Shown here piece by piece: positions 17,790 to 27,507 of a DNA stretch of 64,000 nucleotides. Positions within the stretch are counted from its first letter, which is position 1, and each line of letters opens with the position of its first letter. Under the pieces are notes generated by a model that worked only from the letters and a program-made list of their open reading frames with translations, had not been told where the DNA came from and ran no database searches. A program made the position numbers and the translations under genes. Source of the stretch: a virus (lineage: Duplodnaviria; Heunggongvirae; Uroviricota; Caudoviricetes); IMG/VR virus record IMGVR_UViG_3300029604_000306; one strand, written 5' to 3'.

Positions 17790-18872
17790 TTAATCCTTGT
17801 TTATCTCCGCAAATCCGCCCACATCAATCTTAAGCTTTATTTCTTCGCCTTTTTTCAATTCATTCCATTCAGAAAAAGCCATCTCGTATTTTTCCGTTTC
17901 TGTTTCGTCTTTCTTTTTCTGATATGTGGCTGTTACAAAATAATGCTCGTTTTTATCACCGGTCCGCTGTCCGTCTTTAAGCTTTGGTTTCGGCCAGGAT
18001 GGATTCTGACCATGTCCAGAACTTTTTGCGGTATCTGTGACAGTCCACCGGTCAATCTCGTAATAGTATTTCGTAGCATACACGGGTTCCTGTCGGTAGA
18101 CGGGTTTTTGTACATTCTCGGTGTACGTTTCCGTCGTGTATACAGGAACATTTTTGGTATGCTCTTCAAAATATCCGTTGCCGAGGTTTTTGTAAGAGCT
18201 GCGTTTTTCGTAGTGGTCTATTACTCTTCTAGTTCGGGTCTCTGTTACGGTTTTGTAATGGTCTAGAACGTCTTTGTATGTCTTGACTTCATTTCGGGTA
18301 TATTGCAGCCGCGCGCCATCTGGAAGCGTCCATCCGCTTTCGTCATAAGTGACGATTTCTTCAACGTCAATCGTTCTTTGCCATTCAAAATCATCAATCG
18401 TAACGTTTCTGACCTTTGGCGAAAAACAGGATACCAATCCAAAAATAACAAATGCGATTGCTGCAAAGGTTCCGATAAGAAGCAATATGCTTTTCAGAAA
18501 AGATTTTCTTGGTTCTTCTGAATCGCTTCTTTGAGAAGATGTTTTTTGCTCTTCTTTTTTACGCTTCTTTTCCTCTTCCTGCTGTCGCATTTCAAAATAG
18601 TTTCGTTCAGATTCCTCTTTTGTAGCGCCGCAGTTTTTGCATGAATCTAAGTTATCGCTGTTAAGGCTGCCGCAGAAAGAACACTGCCAATCGGGGTTGC
18701 GGCTGATTTTTGCCGCTTCTTCATCTGAAACATATTTGATTTCGTCCGGCATGTAGAATTTTGTGTTTTCGTCCTGCGGGTGTCCACAGCTCGGGCAGGT
18801 CTTTTGCCCCGCCCTGATTCGTTTGTTGTCACAGAATGGGCAATCCCAAAGTCCTTCAACAAGTTTTCCCAT
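17790..18872 (-). CDS. double Zn-ribbon, single-TM membrane protein (paralog 2 of 3)
   Basis: Clearly homologous to 15614-16798; start set at MGKLVEG behind AAAGGAG. Confidence 0.85.
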   Translation of the reverse strand: MGKLVEGLWDCPFCDNKRIRAGQKTCPSCGHPQDENTKFYMPDEIKYVSDEEAAKISRNPDWQCSFCGSLNSDNLDSCKNCGATKEESERNYFEMRQQEEEKKRKKEEQKTSSQRSDSEEPRKSFLKSILLLIGTFAAIAFVIFGLVSCFSPKVRNVTIDDFEWQRTIDVEEIVTYDESGWTLPDGARLQYTRNEVKTYKDVLDHYKTVTETRTRRVIDHYEKRSSYKNLGNGYFEEHTKNVPVYTTETYTENVQKPVYRQEPVYATKYYYEIDRWTVTDTAKSSGHGQNPSWPKPKLKDGQRTGDKNEHYFVTATYQKKKDETETEKYEMAFSEWNELKKGEEIKLKIDVGGFAEINKD

Positions 18873-19056
18873 ATAGAAATATCTCCTTTCGTGTTGGTTG
18901 TATATATAGAATGCTGAAAAAATATAGCTGCAAAATAAACCGGATACCGTTTTTGCCGGCTGCTGCCTGCAAACCGTCATACAAAAAATCCACAAAATAC
19001 ATCGGCTGCTGAAAAATTTGGCATATTGCGGATAAGAAAAATGCAAAAACTCAAAA

Positions 19057-19386
19057 ATGAAGAGAAAAATAATGAAAAATATATGCGTAATTACTGGAGC
19101 ACCATGTTTTGGGATGTATAAGGTAGTGCATTTTCTGGGCAAGAGAGGTGTGGCGCTGATAAACCTACAGGGTGCAAGCAGAAAGAAGACAGAAAAAGAA
19201 GAAGATATTGTTCTCAGGTATACGGCTGACGATAAAACAAATATTGTCTTAACCCGCGAGGATATAAGACACTGCGTGCTAGTGCTTACAACCGAACAGA
19301 CAGAACTGCTGGCGCAGGCTGCGAAAACAAGAAACGGGAGTGAAGCAGACAACAGGCTGCCGACAAAAAATTACCCGGAAGGTTAG
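19057..19386 (+). CDS. hypothetical protein
   Basis: 109 aa ORF downstream of a GCATATTG motif. Confidence 0.5.
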   Translation: MKRKIMKNICVITGAPCFGMYKVVHFLGKRGVALINLQGASRKKTEKEEDIVLRYTADDKTNIVLTREDIRHCVLVLTTEQTELLAQAAKTRNGSEADNRLPTKNYPEG

Positions 19387-19418
19387 ACCTTCCGGGTGTG
19401 CTTATTTCTTAGGGTTTT

Positions 19419-19778
19419 TGATAGCTCAGGCTTACGCATTCGCTACCAAGCCTCGCAGAGGCTGACAAACGAAGCCGTGATACCGCGAGCTATGCTCGCG
19501 TGTACCAAGTGGCTTTTGCCACTGACAAACGAGTCCGTTAGGACGAGTGCAGTACACCGTAAGGGCTGACAAGCGAAGCCGCAAGACTGAGCGTAGTACA
19601 CCATAAGGGCTGACAAACGACGACGAAGTCGGAGTGTAGAGACGAGGGCGGGTTTCCCGCCCGTCGATAAGGCTGAGTGTAGTGCACGAACGGGGATTCA
19701 GACCCACATGCGAAGTTAAGACCGGAACATTTGGCCCGCGGACGACTTCTTGTCGGCCGGTGATTTCCCGCTCTCCGT
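19419..19778 (-). mobile_element. 360-bp composite/nested hairpin insertion element
   Basis: Minus strand TTA|ACGGAG...GAGCTATCA; nested inner unit 19478-19667; absent from the aligned 3' flank of paralog 17790-18872. Confidence 0.88.
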
Positions 19779-20648
19779 TAATCTTTGCTATTGATTTCGG
19801 CGAAACCATTAAAGTCAATTTTCAGTTCAATTTCTTCACCCTTTTTCAGTTTTTTCCACCTGCCGGTAAACCGGCTCGTGAAAGGTTTCTGTATAAGTCT
19901 CATCCTTGCATATAGGAAAGATTTTGATGATGATTTCGAGGATTTTACTCCAATATGGGTCATCCGAGAGTTCGCCTTCATAATGGTCCATCATCACCAT
20001 CCTTGTCTTTGTTTCCGAGACTGTCTTATAGTGGTCGACAACGTCTTTGTATGGCCTAATTTCCCTTTTTGTATACTGCAGCCGCGCGTCATCTGGAAGC
20101 GTCCATCCGCTTTCGTCATAAGTGACGTTTTCTTTAACGTCAATCGCGCTTTGCCATTCAAAATCATCAATCGTAACGTTCCTGACATTTGGCGAAAAAC
20201 AGGATGCCAATAATCCAAAAATACTAAATACGATTGTTACAAAGGTTCCGATAAGAAGCAGCATGTTTTTCAGAAAAGATTTTCTTGGCTCTTCTGACTC
20301 GCTTCTCTGAGAAAATGCTTTTTGTTCTTCTTTTTTGTATTTCTTTTCCTCTTCCTGCTGCCGCATTTCAAAGTAGTTTCGTTCAGATTCCTCTTTTGTA
20401 GCGCCGCAATTTGCGCATGAATCCAAGTTATCGCTGTTAAGGCTGCCACAGAAAGAATACTGCCAGTCAGGGTTGCGACTGATTTTTTCTGCTTTTTCTT
20501 CAGGTACATATTCTACAGCATCTGGCATATAAAATTTTGTGCTTTCGGCCTGTGGATGTCCACAATTCGGGCATGTTTTTTGCCCTGCTCTGATTCGTTT
20601 GCTGTCGCAGAATGGGCAGTCCCAAAGTCCTTCAACAAGTTTTCCCAT
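19778..20648 (-). pseudogene. paralog 3 of the Zn-ribbon membrane protein; internally deleted and frameshifted
   Basis: Frame 19836-20648 diverges after EPVYRQ; the conserved C-terminus WKKLKKGEEIELKID...EINSKD is in another frame ending at 19778; WQYSFC lacks a Zn ligand. Confidence 0.8.
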
Positions 20649-21281
20649 AAGAACGTCTCCTTTCGTATTTGTAATGTTTGTTAATTACATTACATATAAG
20701 ATGTTGGAAAAATATAGTTTTGGAACTTATTTTTTTGTGATTTTTTTGTTTTTCTGTTCTTCGGCATATTAAACATATAACAATCAGAAAGGCAGGGAAA
20801 AAATATGTAAAACCCAAAACAAGTCTTCTTGTCGAATTATTATGGGTCAAAAAACTGCAAAAAATATTTGCACTTAAAAAATTTCGGCATATTAAATCAA
20901 TACAGAAGCAAGTAAATGCATCGGAAAGAGAGAAGGAAGGTGACGTTGAATAAGTTTATTTGGTAATTCTGGTTGTATAGAATGTAATCATGTTTATGAA
21001 TTTAAGCGTGATTTTGATGCTTACCTGTGCGGAGTTGGAAGAGTGCAGGTTGGAAAAGGCGCTGTCTGTGAATGTAAGAGCAATGGTAGTCTGTATTTTC
21101 TGAATTCCAAGAACTACCTGCCATATGAAGCGGTACAGCTAATTGCAGCAAATCCTGCTAAATATCTAAATGATATTACAGCTATGTATGTTGGTAAGTT
21201 TTTGTAAGGTTGCTGATGGTGGTTAAATTTTCTGATTAATAAATGCAGTAATACACTGTAGAACATCAGAAAGGAGAAAAA

Positions 21282-21845
21282 ATGAAAGACAAATTTTCAG
21301 AATGGCTAAAGAAAATTCAAAAAGTACATCCAAAAGCAAATGAAGAGGTGTTGCGATTTATTTATGATTTTTCAGTAAAACAGGGATACGGTGAAGCAGA
21401 AGAAGTATTGTATCAGCAGTTCGCCAGCGGATATTGCTATTATTTCGCATGCATGCTGAAAGCGGCATTCAACCGTGGAGAGATATGCTGGGCGGCTCCG
21501 TTCGGTCATATCGTTTGGGTGGACGAGAACGGTATTCCATACGATATTTCAGGTGTTAATGAATCCGAAACAGATGATTACATTCCGGAATATATGATGG
21601 GCAACACAATCAATGATTTCAAACATATTAGCGGAAGAGAATATGACACACCAAAATGGCAAATTGAGCAGATGATTTCGGAATGGCATGACATTAAATC
21701 AGAAGAATTCGGAGGGAATGTAACAAAGATAAAGACGAAAGAAGAGGCACAAAAATATTTAAAGTCATATATCGTATTTGAGATGGATTACCATGGCACG
21801 TATGCTAAAAAGCGGAAGTATCTGAGAAAAAAATTTGGGATTTAA
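21282..21845 (+). CDS. hypothetical protein, possible Cys-His-Asp (papain/transglutaminase-like) fold
   Basis: GYCYYFA...GHIVWV...YDISG. Confidence 0.6.
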   Translation: MKDKFSEWLKKIQKVHPKANEEVLRFIYDFSVKQGYGEAEEVLYQQFASGYCYYFACMLKAAFNRGEICWAAPFGHIVWVDENGIPYDISGVNESETDDYIPEYMMGNTINDFKHISGREYDTPKWQIEQMISEWHDIKSEEFGGNVTKIKTKEEAQKYLKSYIVFEMDYHGTYAKKRKYLRKKFGI

Positions 21846-22088
21846 AAATTGCAGTCTCTCGGAAGGGAGGCTGTTTTTTGTGAAGTTATATGGCTGGGCG
21901 GTGTATCCAGCATCTCAGGTACTCCAAATGGAGTGTGTCGGGAACCATTTCCGACCTCATATAACATATATAGTATATTATGCGTGATTATCCACATCTA
22001 TAGAAACTTGTAAAAAAATCGCAAAAAATCTCTACTTATCAAAAATTCCAGCATATTAAGTACAAAACATCAGGAAGGAGAAAAAACG

Positions 22089-23843
22089 ATGATATTTGAT
22101 GTACTAACAGAACCATGGATGGGAGTGGTTGATAAAGAAACAGGAGAAGTGCTTAAAGTTGGATTGAGAGATTATATCGTCAACGCTCATATGTATAAAT
22201 GCAGTGCTGAAAACAAAGGCTTTGCTATTATCAGAAGATTACAACAGAGATTAGCTGAAGCAGTTGTTATTGATATTTATGGAAGAGCCGTAAACGATGA
22301 GCTAATGTCTGTCTTTGATAATGGACGGTTTGATGCTGACAAAATTGACGCATATTTTGATGAGTGTATAAAAAATGGAACGTCATTTGACCTGTTTGAT
22401 GAAGAAAAACCATTCATGCAAGTTGATGCAAAAACTGCAGAAAGTGTATTTAAGGAGAATAGTATTGCATCAGTTTCTTCAATTAATGCAAAGCAATGTG
22501 GGGGAAATAATAAAGTATTTTTTCAGCATGTGGATGTTAATGATTACATCGAAAATTTTGGAGGAGTAGATAACAGGGATTCATATTATGATGAAGCGCA
22601 AATTGACGGGCGACATATTGAATTTGCAAATAGTGTAAAATTTGACGAATACATGAATTTAATTTTAATGGAGAGCTGCATTGCTGGCATGAGAGGTCAG
22701 TCATATGCTCCAGGCCTTATCTGTATGCCAAGTCCTCCTGCCATGTACCATTTTGATGCGGCGGAAGACAAAAGCTTATTTTCAAGTATTTTGTTAAACA
22801 TCGCTGACGATGATTCAGGATGTGATGACGGTATGCCAGTTTGGAAGTGGGATTCATACAACTATGCGGTAAATTCAATGCTGCAAAAGAAGTATCAGGT
22901 TCCCCTGCTTGAAGGTATGTTTTTCCCGGTAACTTATCTGCGTCCTGATTACAGCTCTATTGATATGGAAAAGAAAACTATCAAGAGAATTTACAAATCA
23001 ATAATGCTGTTCAAAGCACCAGATGGTTCCGATATGATGAAAACAGCAAGACAGTCATGGCTGATAAATAAAGAGCCATCGGTTACGGTTATTCCTAAGT
23101 CAAAAAACAAAGACGTGATGACCGGTATGGAGTTTACAAATTCAAATGAAGTATGGATGGGGATTAAGGCATATGCAAATATCTTTGGTAACCATTCTGC
23201 TCCGCGAGTGCTAAGGAGTTCATTGTATGATGCATTATTTGCAGCAGACTTAAGGCTGAAAGTCAGAAGGGGAGAAGCCAATGAAGATGAGGCTGTAAAG
23301 ACTGAAATGACGGCATACTATGTTTCTAAGGATAGGGGCTCGTTTCTATCACAGGGAAAATATCCGTGTATGCTTCCGGAGTGTATTTTGGATGACCAGT
23401 TAAAAAAACAGGCTACGGATATGTTTATAGATATGATAGGTATGGAGTATGTACCATATGGAAGTAATAAGAATAAAGCAGGTATTGCAAAACGCTTGCA
23501 GCAGAGAATTGGTGATATTGAAACTGCTTTGTCTTCAATTGGAGAACAGCTCTTTACGAAGAATAAATTTGACCTGGTGACCGTCCGGAATACTACGATG
23601 AACAGGTATTGGAGATATTGCGAAAATCTATTTAAAAATTTCTTCATTCCGGATATCGATGGTATAAAAAAGTCAGCATACTGTAGCCAAGAGGAATACA
23701 TGGAAGCATTAAGAATCATAGTAGGTAAGTATGTTGATAATGCATCAGGATATGCAAACAGGTTAATATACAGCATTCCGATTCCGAAAGGCAAGAGCAT
23801 TGCTGTGAGAAAAGCATTAGCAAAGAACGGAGGAAAAAAATGA
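22089..23843 (+). CDS. cas8e: type I-E Cascade large subunit Cas8e (Cse1/CasA), divergent
   Basis: FDVLTEPWMGV and FDLFDEEKPFMQ motifs; first gene of the operon. Confidence 0.85.
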   Translation: MIFDVLTEPWMGVVDKETGEVLKVGLRDYIVNAHMYKCSAENKGFAIIRRLQQRLAEAVVIDIYGRAVNDELMSVFDNGRFDADKIDAYFDECIKNGTSFDLFDEEKPFMQVDAKTAESVFKENSIASVSSINAKQCGGNNKVFFQHVDVNDYIENFGGVDNRDSYYDEAQIDGRHIEFANSVKFDEYMNLILMESCIAGMRGQSYAPGLICMPSPPAMYHFDAAEDKSLFSSILLNIADDDSGCDDGMPVWKWDSYNYAVNSMLQKKYQVPLLEGMFFPVTYLRPDYSSIDMEKKTIKRIYKSIMLFKAPDGSDMMKTARQSWLINKEPSVTVIPKSKNKDVMTGMEFTNSNEVWMGIKAYANIFGNHSAPRVLRSSLYDALFAADLRLKVRRGEANEDEAVKTEMTAYYVSKDRGSFLSQGKYPCMLPECILDDQLKKQATDMFIDMIGMEYVPYGSNKNKAGIAKRLQQRIGDIETALSSIGEQLFTKNKFDLVTVRNTTMNRYWRYCENLFKNFFIPDIDGIKKSAYCSQEEYMEALRIIVGKYVDNASGYANRLIYSIPIPKGKSIAVRKALAKNGGKK

Positions 23844-24352
23844 ATTATGAAGAAACCCGCGAACAGGTTGATATGATTCTGGAACGTGTAAAGGCATTGG
23901 ATAATGCAAAAAAGATACAGCTGCGCCGAGCATATAATATCAGTTTTGACGAATTGCGAGGATTCCAGCAGATAACGATTAAAAATATCCTGAAAGATAC
24001 CCCATGGTGTTATGCCGGATATATGAGGGATTTTATCGTTGATATGTGCGGCATATATGTGCAGCAGGAATGCAAAGAAGGGGACCTGTTTGAATATTGC
24101 CTACATGAAATATATGATGAGGGTTCTGCGGCAGTACAGCAAAAAATCGGTTATCTCGTTGATGAGGATGAGAAAGCAATCTTAATAAGATACATAAAAA
24201 GATATATAAAAATGTGTAAAAAGGGCACTAAAATTGACACAGCAAAACTGATAACGGATATTCTGTGCTGGCCATATTACAACACAAGAAATGAGTGGAT
24301 TGATGTAATTGCCGGCGTTAAAAAAATTGATAAGAAAAAGGAGAAAAAATAA
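23840..24352 (+). CDS. cse2: type I-E small subunit Cas11 (Cse2/CasB), divergent
   Basis: Position, size, LRRA and ID-x-x-x-L-x-x-D-x-x-x-W motifs. Confidence 0.75.
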   Translation: MNYEETREQVDMILERVKALDNAKKIQLRRAYNISFDELRGFQQITIKNILKDTPWCYAGYMRDFIVDMCGIYVQQECKEGDLFEYCLHEIYDEGSAAVQQKIGYLVDEDEKAILIRYIKRYIKMCKKGTKIDTAKLITDILCWPYYNTRNEWIDVIAGVKKIDKKKEKK

Positions 24353-25632
24353 TGAGCAAAAGGATGTTGGTTGAAGTACACGTAGGAAAAAGATATGGCA
24401 TTTCACGTTTAAACTGTGATGGAGCAGGACAGGTGAAAGATGTAATTATTGATAATGAAAGATACAACAGAATTTCGTCACAGTCAAAGAAAAAAGTATG
24501 GCGTGAAAATTTAGAGAGACGCCTGGAGCGATTAAACGGTGACAGCATGGAACATGTATACAGAACCAGAGCAATGAAAGATATCTTTAAAAAAGAATTC
24601 TTAAAAAAAGAAGCAGGCTTGTATGCTGAAAATGCTGACGCTATGGCTGAATATATTGTCAAAAGTATTTTGTCCTGCTCTCTGGAGGAAAAAAATGGAT
24701 TTGATGTTACAAATCAGGTTTTGATTGTCACAAAGTATGACGTTGAAGATATCGTCGAAGTGTTCTGTGATGTCATCAAGACACCCGATGACTGGGAACA
24801 AGCCAAGAAAGAGGCAGCAGAAAAGGAAAAAGAAAATGATAAGAAAAAAGGCAGTAAGGCAAAAAACAGTGCGAAGAATTCGGCCTCCCAGAGAATCATT
24901 TCAGCATTGAAAGCAAAACTGCCATTAAGAAAATATGGTGTTGAGTGTTCATTGTTTGGCAGAATGGCGACGTCTGGTGTAATGGAAACTGTTGAAAGTG
25001 CTATGTGTGTTAATCATAGTTATTCATTAGGGAAAGCCACACTGGACAGCGATTATTATATCGTTGTTGATAACTATCTGTCAGCAATGGCAAGCGAAAC
25101 TGAAAGTGGACAGAGCGGTGCCGGATACTTGGATGAAAAAGAATTTTCCAGTCATGTGTACTATGAATATGCAAGTATTGATGTGGGGAAGTTTTATGAC
25201 AACCTGACTAAAGGGGTAGACATGTCAGATGAAAAGAATGTACAGCGTATTAAGACTGTGATTATTGAGGCTGTCAAGTGTGTGGTTAATGATATTGCTA
25301 CATCTGCTCCGAGCGGCGGCCAAAATTCGTTTGCGTCACGTCCTGACCCGGTTGGTGTATATATTACAATCAAGGAAGACGGAGAAGGACGTACGGCTGA
25401 TACATACTGTATTAAAGAAATGGTTAAAAATGGAAGTGCAGCCGCTAAGACTGAAGCTGATAAGTTCCTGAATGCTATGAACGAATTTACAAGCGGAGAT
25501 TTTGCAGATGACTCAGATTACCTGGCAAGAATTTATACCGGAGAATCTCCGGAAATGTTAGATGGTGCTGAGCATATGTCATGGAAAGAAGCTGTTAAAA
25601 AAGTAGGGGATATTATTGATGAAAAATTATAA
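24352..25632 (+). CDS. cas7: type I-E Cas7 (Cse4/CasC)
   Basis: LNCDGAG-x-x-K, RISSQS-x-K, LFGRM, GAG, SGGQNSFA motifs. Confidence 0.92.
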   Translation: MSKRMLVEVHVGKRYGISRLNCDGAGQVKDVIIDNERYNRISSQSKKKVWRENLERRLERLNGDSMEHVYRTRAMKDIFKKEFLKKEAGLYAENADAMAEYIVKSILSCSLEEKNGFDVTNQVLIVTKYDVEDIVEVFCDVIKTPDDWEQAKKEAAEKEKENDKKKGSKAKNSAKNSASQRIISALKAKLPLRKYGVECSLFGRMATSGVMETVESAMCVNHSYSLGKATLDSDYYIVVDNYLSAMASETESGQSGAGYLDEKEFSSHVYYEYASIDVGKFYDNLTKGVDMSDEKNVQRIKTVIIEAVKCVVNDIATSAPSGGQNSFASRPDPVGVYITIKEDGEGRTADTYCIKEMVKNGSAAAKTEADKFLNAMNEFTSGDFADDSDYLARIYTGESPEMLDGAEHMSWKEAVKKVGDIIDEKL

Positions 25633-26167
25633 AAAATTAAAGCTAGTCTGTTCCGCCATGCTCCAGTCATGGCGAATCAGAAGCCTTGGGCCATCTCAGA
25701 GATATACTGAGCTGGCCCCCACGAAAAGCGGTATCATAGGAATGATTGCCTGTGCATTAGGGTATGAGAGGGACGATAAAAGGATTGAGGTTTTGGCGAA
25801 TTCCACAGAGCTGTATCTTGATGTTAAAAATTCCGGGTCAATGCTGGAATCGGCAACCATTAATTCAATTGATACGCTGATTGATTACCAGACAGTAATG
25901 GATAAAGAAAAGGGAATGCCAACTGCAAATGGCGGTCGTTTATATTCAGCAACGCTGATTGATAAAGAATATCTTGTCTGCCGCAGGTTTGTTCTATATC
26001 TGATTTCCGATGAGGAAACACTAAATAAAATCCAGGCGGCATTAAAGGCTCCTGTATGGCAGTATTATCTCGGAAGCAAATGCTGCATTCCGGCAGAACC
26101 TGTCAGTCAGGGAATTTCAGAGATTAAGGAGGGCGAAATTAGTGATTATCAGCACATTCGAGTGTAA
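25616..26167 (+). CDS. cas5: type I-E Cas5 (CasD)
   Basis: LQSW, R-x-T-x-x-x-PTKSGIIGMIACALG-x-x-R, YLG-x-K-x-C motifs. Confidence 0.92.
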   Translation: MMKNYKKLKLVCSAMLQSWRIRSLGPSQRYTELAPTKSGIIGMIACALGYERDDKRIEVLANSTELYLDVKNSGSMLESATINSIDTLIDYQTVMDKEKGMPTANGGRLYSATLIDKEYLVCRRFVLYLISDEETLNKIQAALKAPVWQYYLGSKCCIPAEPVSQGISEIKEGEISDYQHIRV

Positions 26168-26726
26168 AAGCTTTGTACAGAATTCAGATATCACACATAA
26201 AATTATTCAATCAATGTTTCACTGTAACCGTGCATACCATAATGTCCTGTATATGGTAATTGGAAAAAATCTGATAATACAGTCTGACATTGAACCGTAT
26301 GAAATCCCAGACTCATTACGATTAATGAATTCAAGGAACTGTGATGGTATGGCCGCTAACATTAATGCCGGTGACGTTGTTAAAATTTTCGCTATGTATG
26401 AACCAACAAAAAAACAGGCCAGAATTGGAAAGCGGTCATCAAATATCCTGATTGCAGATGAAAACGACAGAAAAGAATGGGTAAAAAGAAAATTTATAAA
26501 TGCCGGCAATGTGATTGCTATTAATGAATTGTCAAAAAATAAGCACCAGGTCACCAAACGCTGCGGTGATTCTCATCCGGTAAGCGTATTCGGATACGAA
26601 TTCCTGCTGCGTGTCAGCGATGCGAACGCATTACGGAACCTGATTAAAAATGGAGTGGGCCGGTCTAAATCATACGGAGCCGGAATGTCTCTTGTGATGG
26701 GAATTGAAAAACAAAAAAATAATTAA
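26142..26726 (+). CDS. cas6e: type I-E Cas6e (Cse3/CasE)
   Basis: C-terminal glycine loop GVGRSKSYGAGM; N-terminal His. Confidence 0.88.
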   Translation: MIISTFECKSFVQNSDITHKIIQSMFHCNRAYHNVLYMVIGKNLIIQSDIEPYEIPDSLRLMNSRNCDGMAANINAGDVVKIFAMYEPTKKQARIGKRSSNILIADENDRKEWVKRKFINAGNVIAINELSKNKHQVTKRCGDSHPVSVFGYEFLLRVSDANALRNLIKNGVGRSKSYGAGMSLVMGIEKQKNN

Positions 26727-26785
26727 AAAAATGAAAATGCGGCGGATTTTTCGGCATATTGAAGATGTGGATGAGGCAAGAACAA

Positions 26786-26846
26786 CATTTGTGCAAATTG
26801 CATAACGAAGTGTTTGCGACGGCTGAAAGCCGCATAAACACTGAGT
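26786..26846 (+). promoter_or_regulatory. CRISPR leader 1
   Basis: Near-identical to 30044-30104; contains an inverted repeat. Confidence 0.8.
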
Positions 26847-27486
26847 GTCTGCCCCTCGCAGGAGGGGATGAATCGACTGGACGAAATGAGCGAGTCATCA
26901 AATTGATGTCTGCCCCTCTCATGAGGGGATGAATCGGCGGACAACGGTTTTGCCTGGTGGTAAATCGCGTCTACCCCTCGCAGGAGGGGATGAATCGCAA
27001 CAGCAAAGGTAAAGGCCCAAAAAGAAGAAATCTGCCCCTCGCAGGAGGGGATGAATCGGTTAAACAGATTATCAAAGTGTTAAAGAGTTGGTCTGCCCCT
27101 CGCAGGAGGGGATGAATCGAACTCTTTTCCGGGCAGATGTCTTTTTCTGACGTCTGTCCCTCGTAGGAGGGGATGAATCGGGATTTGGTGAGGATGAACT
27201 AGAAAAGAAAGTGCCTGCCCCTCGTATGAGGGGATGAATCGCCCGGTCATCTAAAACAATTATACCACAAGCCGTTTGCCCCTCGTAGGAGGGAATGAAT
27301 CATAAAATTAAAAATAAAAAACGGAGGCAAGTAGCGTCTGCCCCTCGTATGAGGGGATGAATCGGCAACCCGGCGGCAGGACATAACCTGGAGCAGGTCT
27401 GCCCCTCGCAAGAGGGGATGAATCGAACCGCAGCGTCAGCATCTCATACCGGGAGAAGTCTGCCCCTCGCAAGAGGGGATATAATA
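26847..27486 (+). CRISPR. type I-E CRISPR array 1: 11 repeats, 10 spacers
   Basis: 29-bp repeat GTCTGCCCCTCGCAGGAGGGGATGAATCG, 32-33 bp spacers, degenerate last repeat. Confidence 0.97.
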
Positions 27487-27507
27487 TCTTTTTTTCGGAG
27501 GAGTATA

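Noticed and set aside
18873..19352. 160-aa N-terminal extension of ORF 17790-19352
   Set aside because: Paralogs start at MGKLVEG with an RBS; the extension overlaps promoter DNA and an opposite-strand ORF.
20946..21207. Open frame (SLFGNSGCIEC...VGKFL) behind an RBS and the GCATATT motif
   Set aside because: No in-frame canonical start; possibly a frameshifted remnant, but not supportable as a CDS.
21988..21996. Perfect DnaA box TTATCCACA
   Set aside because: Single copy; one 9-mer match is plausible by chance in 64 kb of AT-rich DNA.
27418..27507. N-terminal extension of Cas3 in the ORF track
   Set aside because: It runs through CRISPR repeats; the RBS and family N-terminus support ATG 27508.
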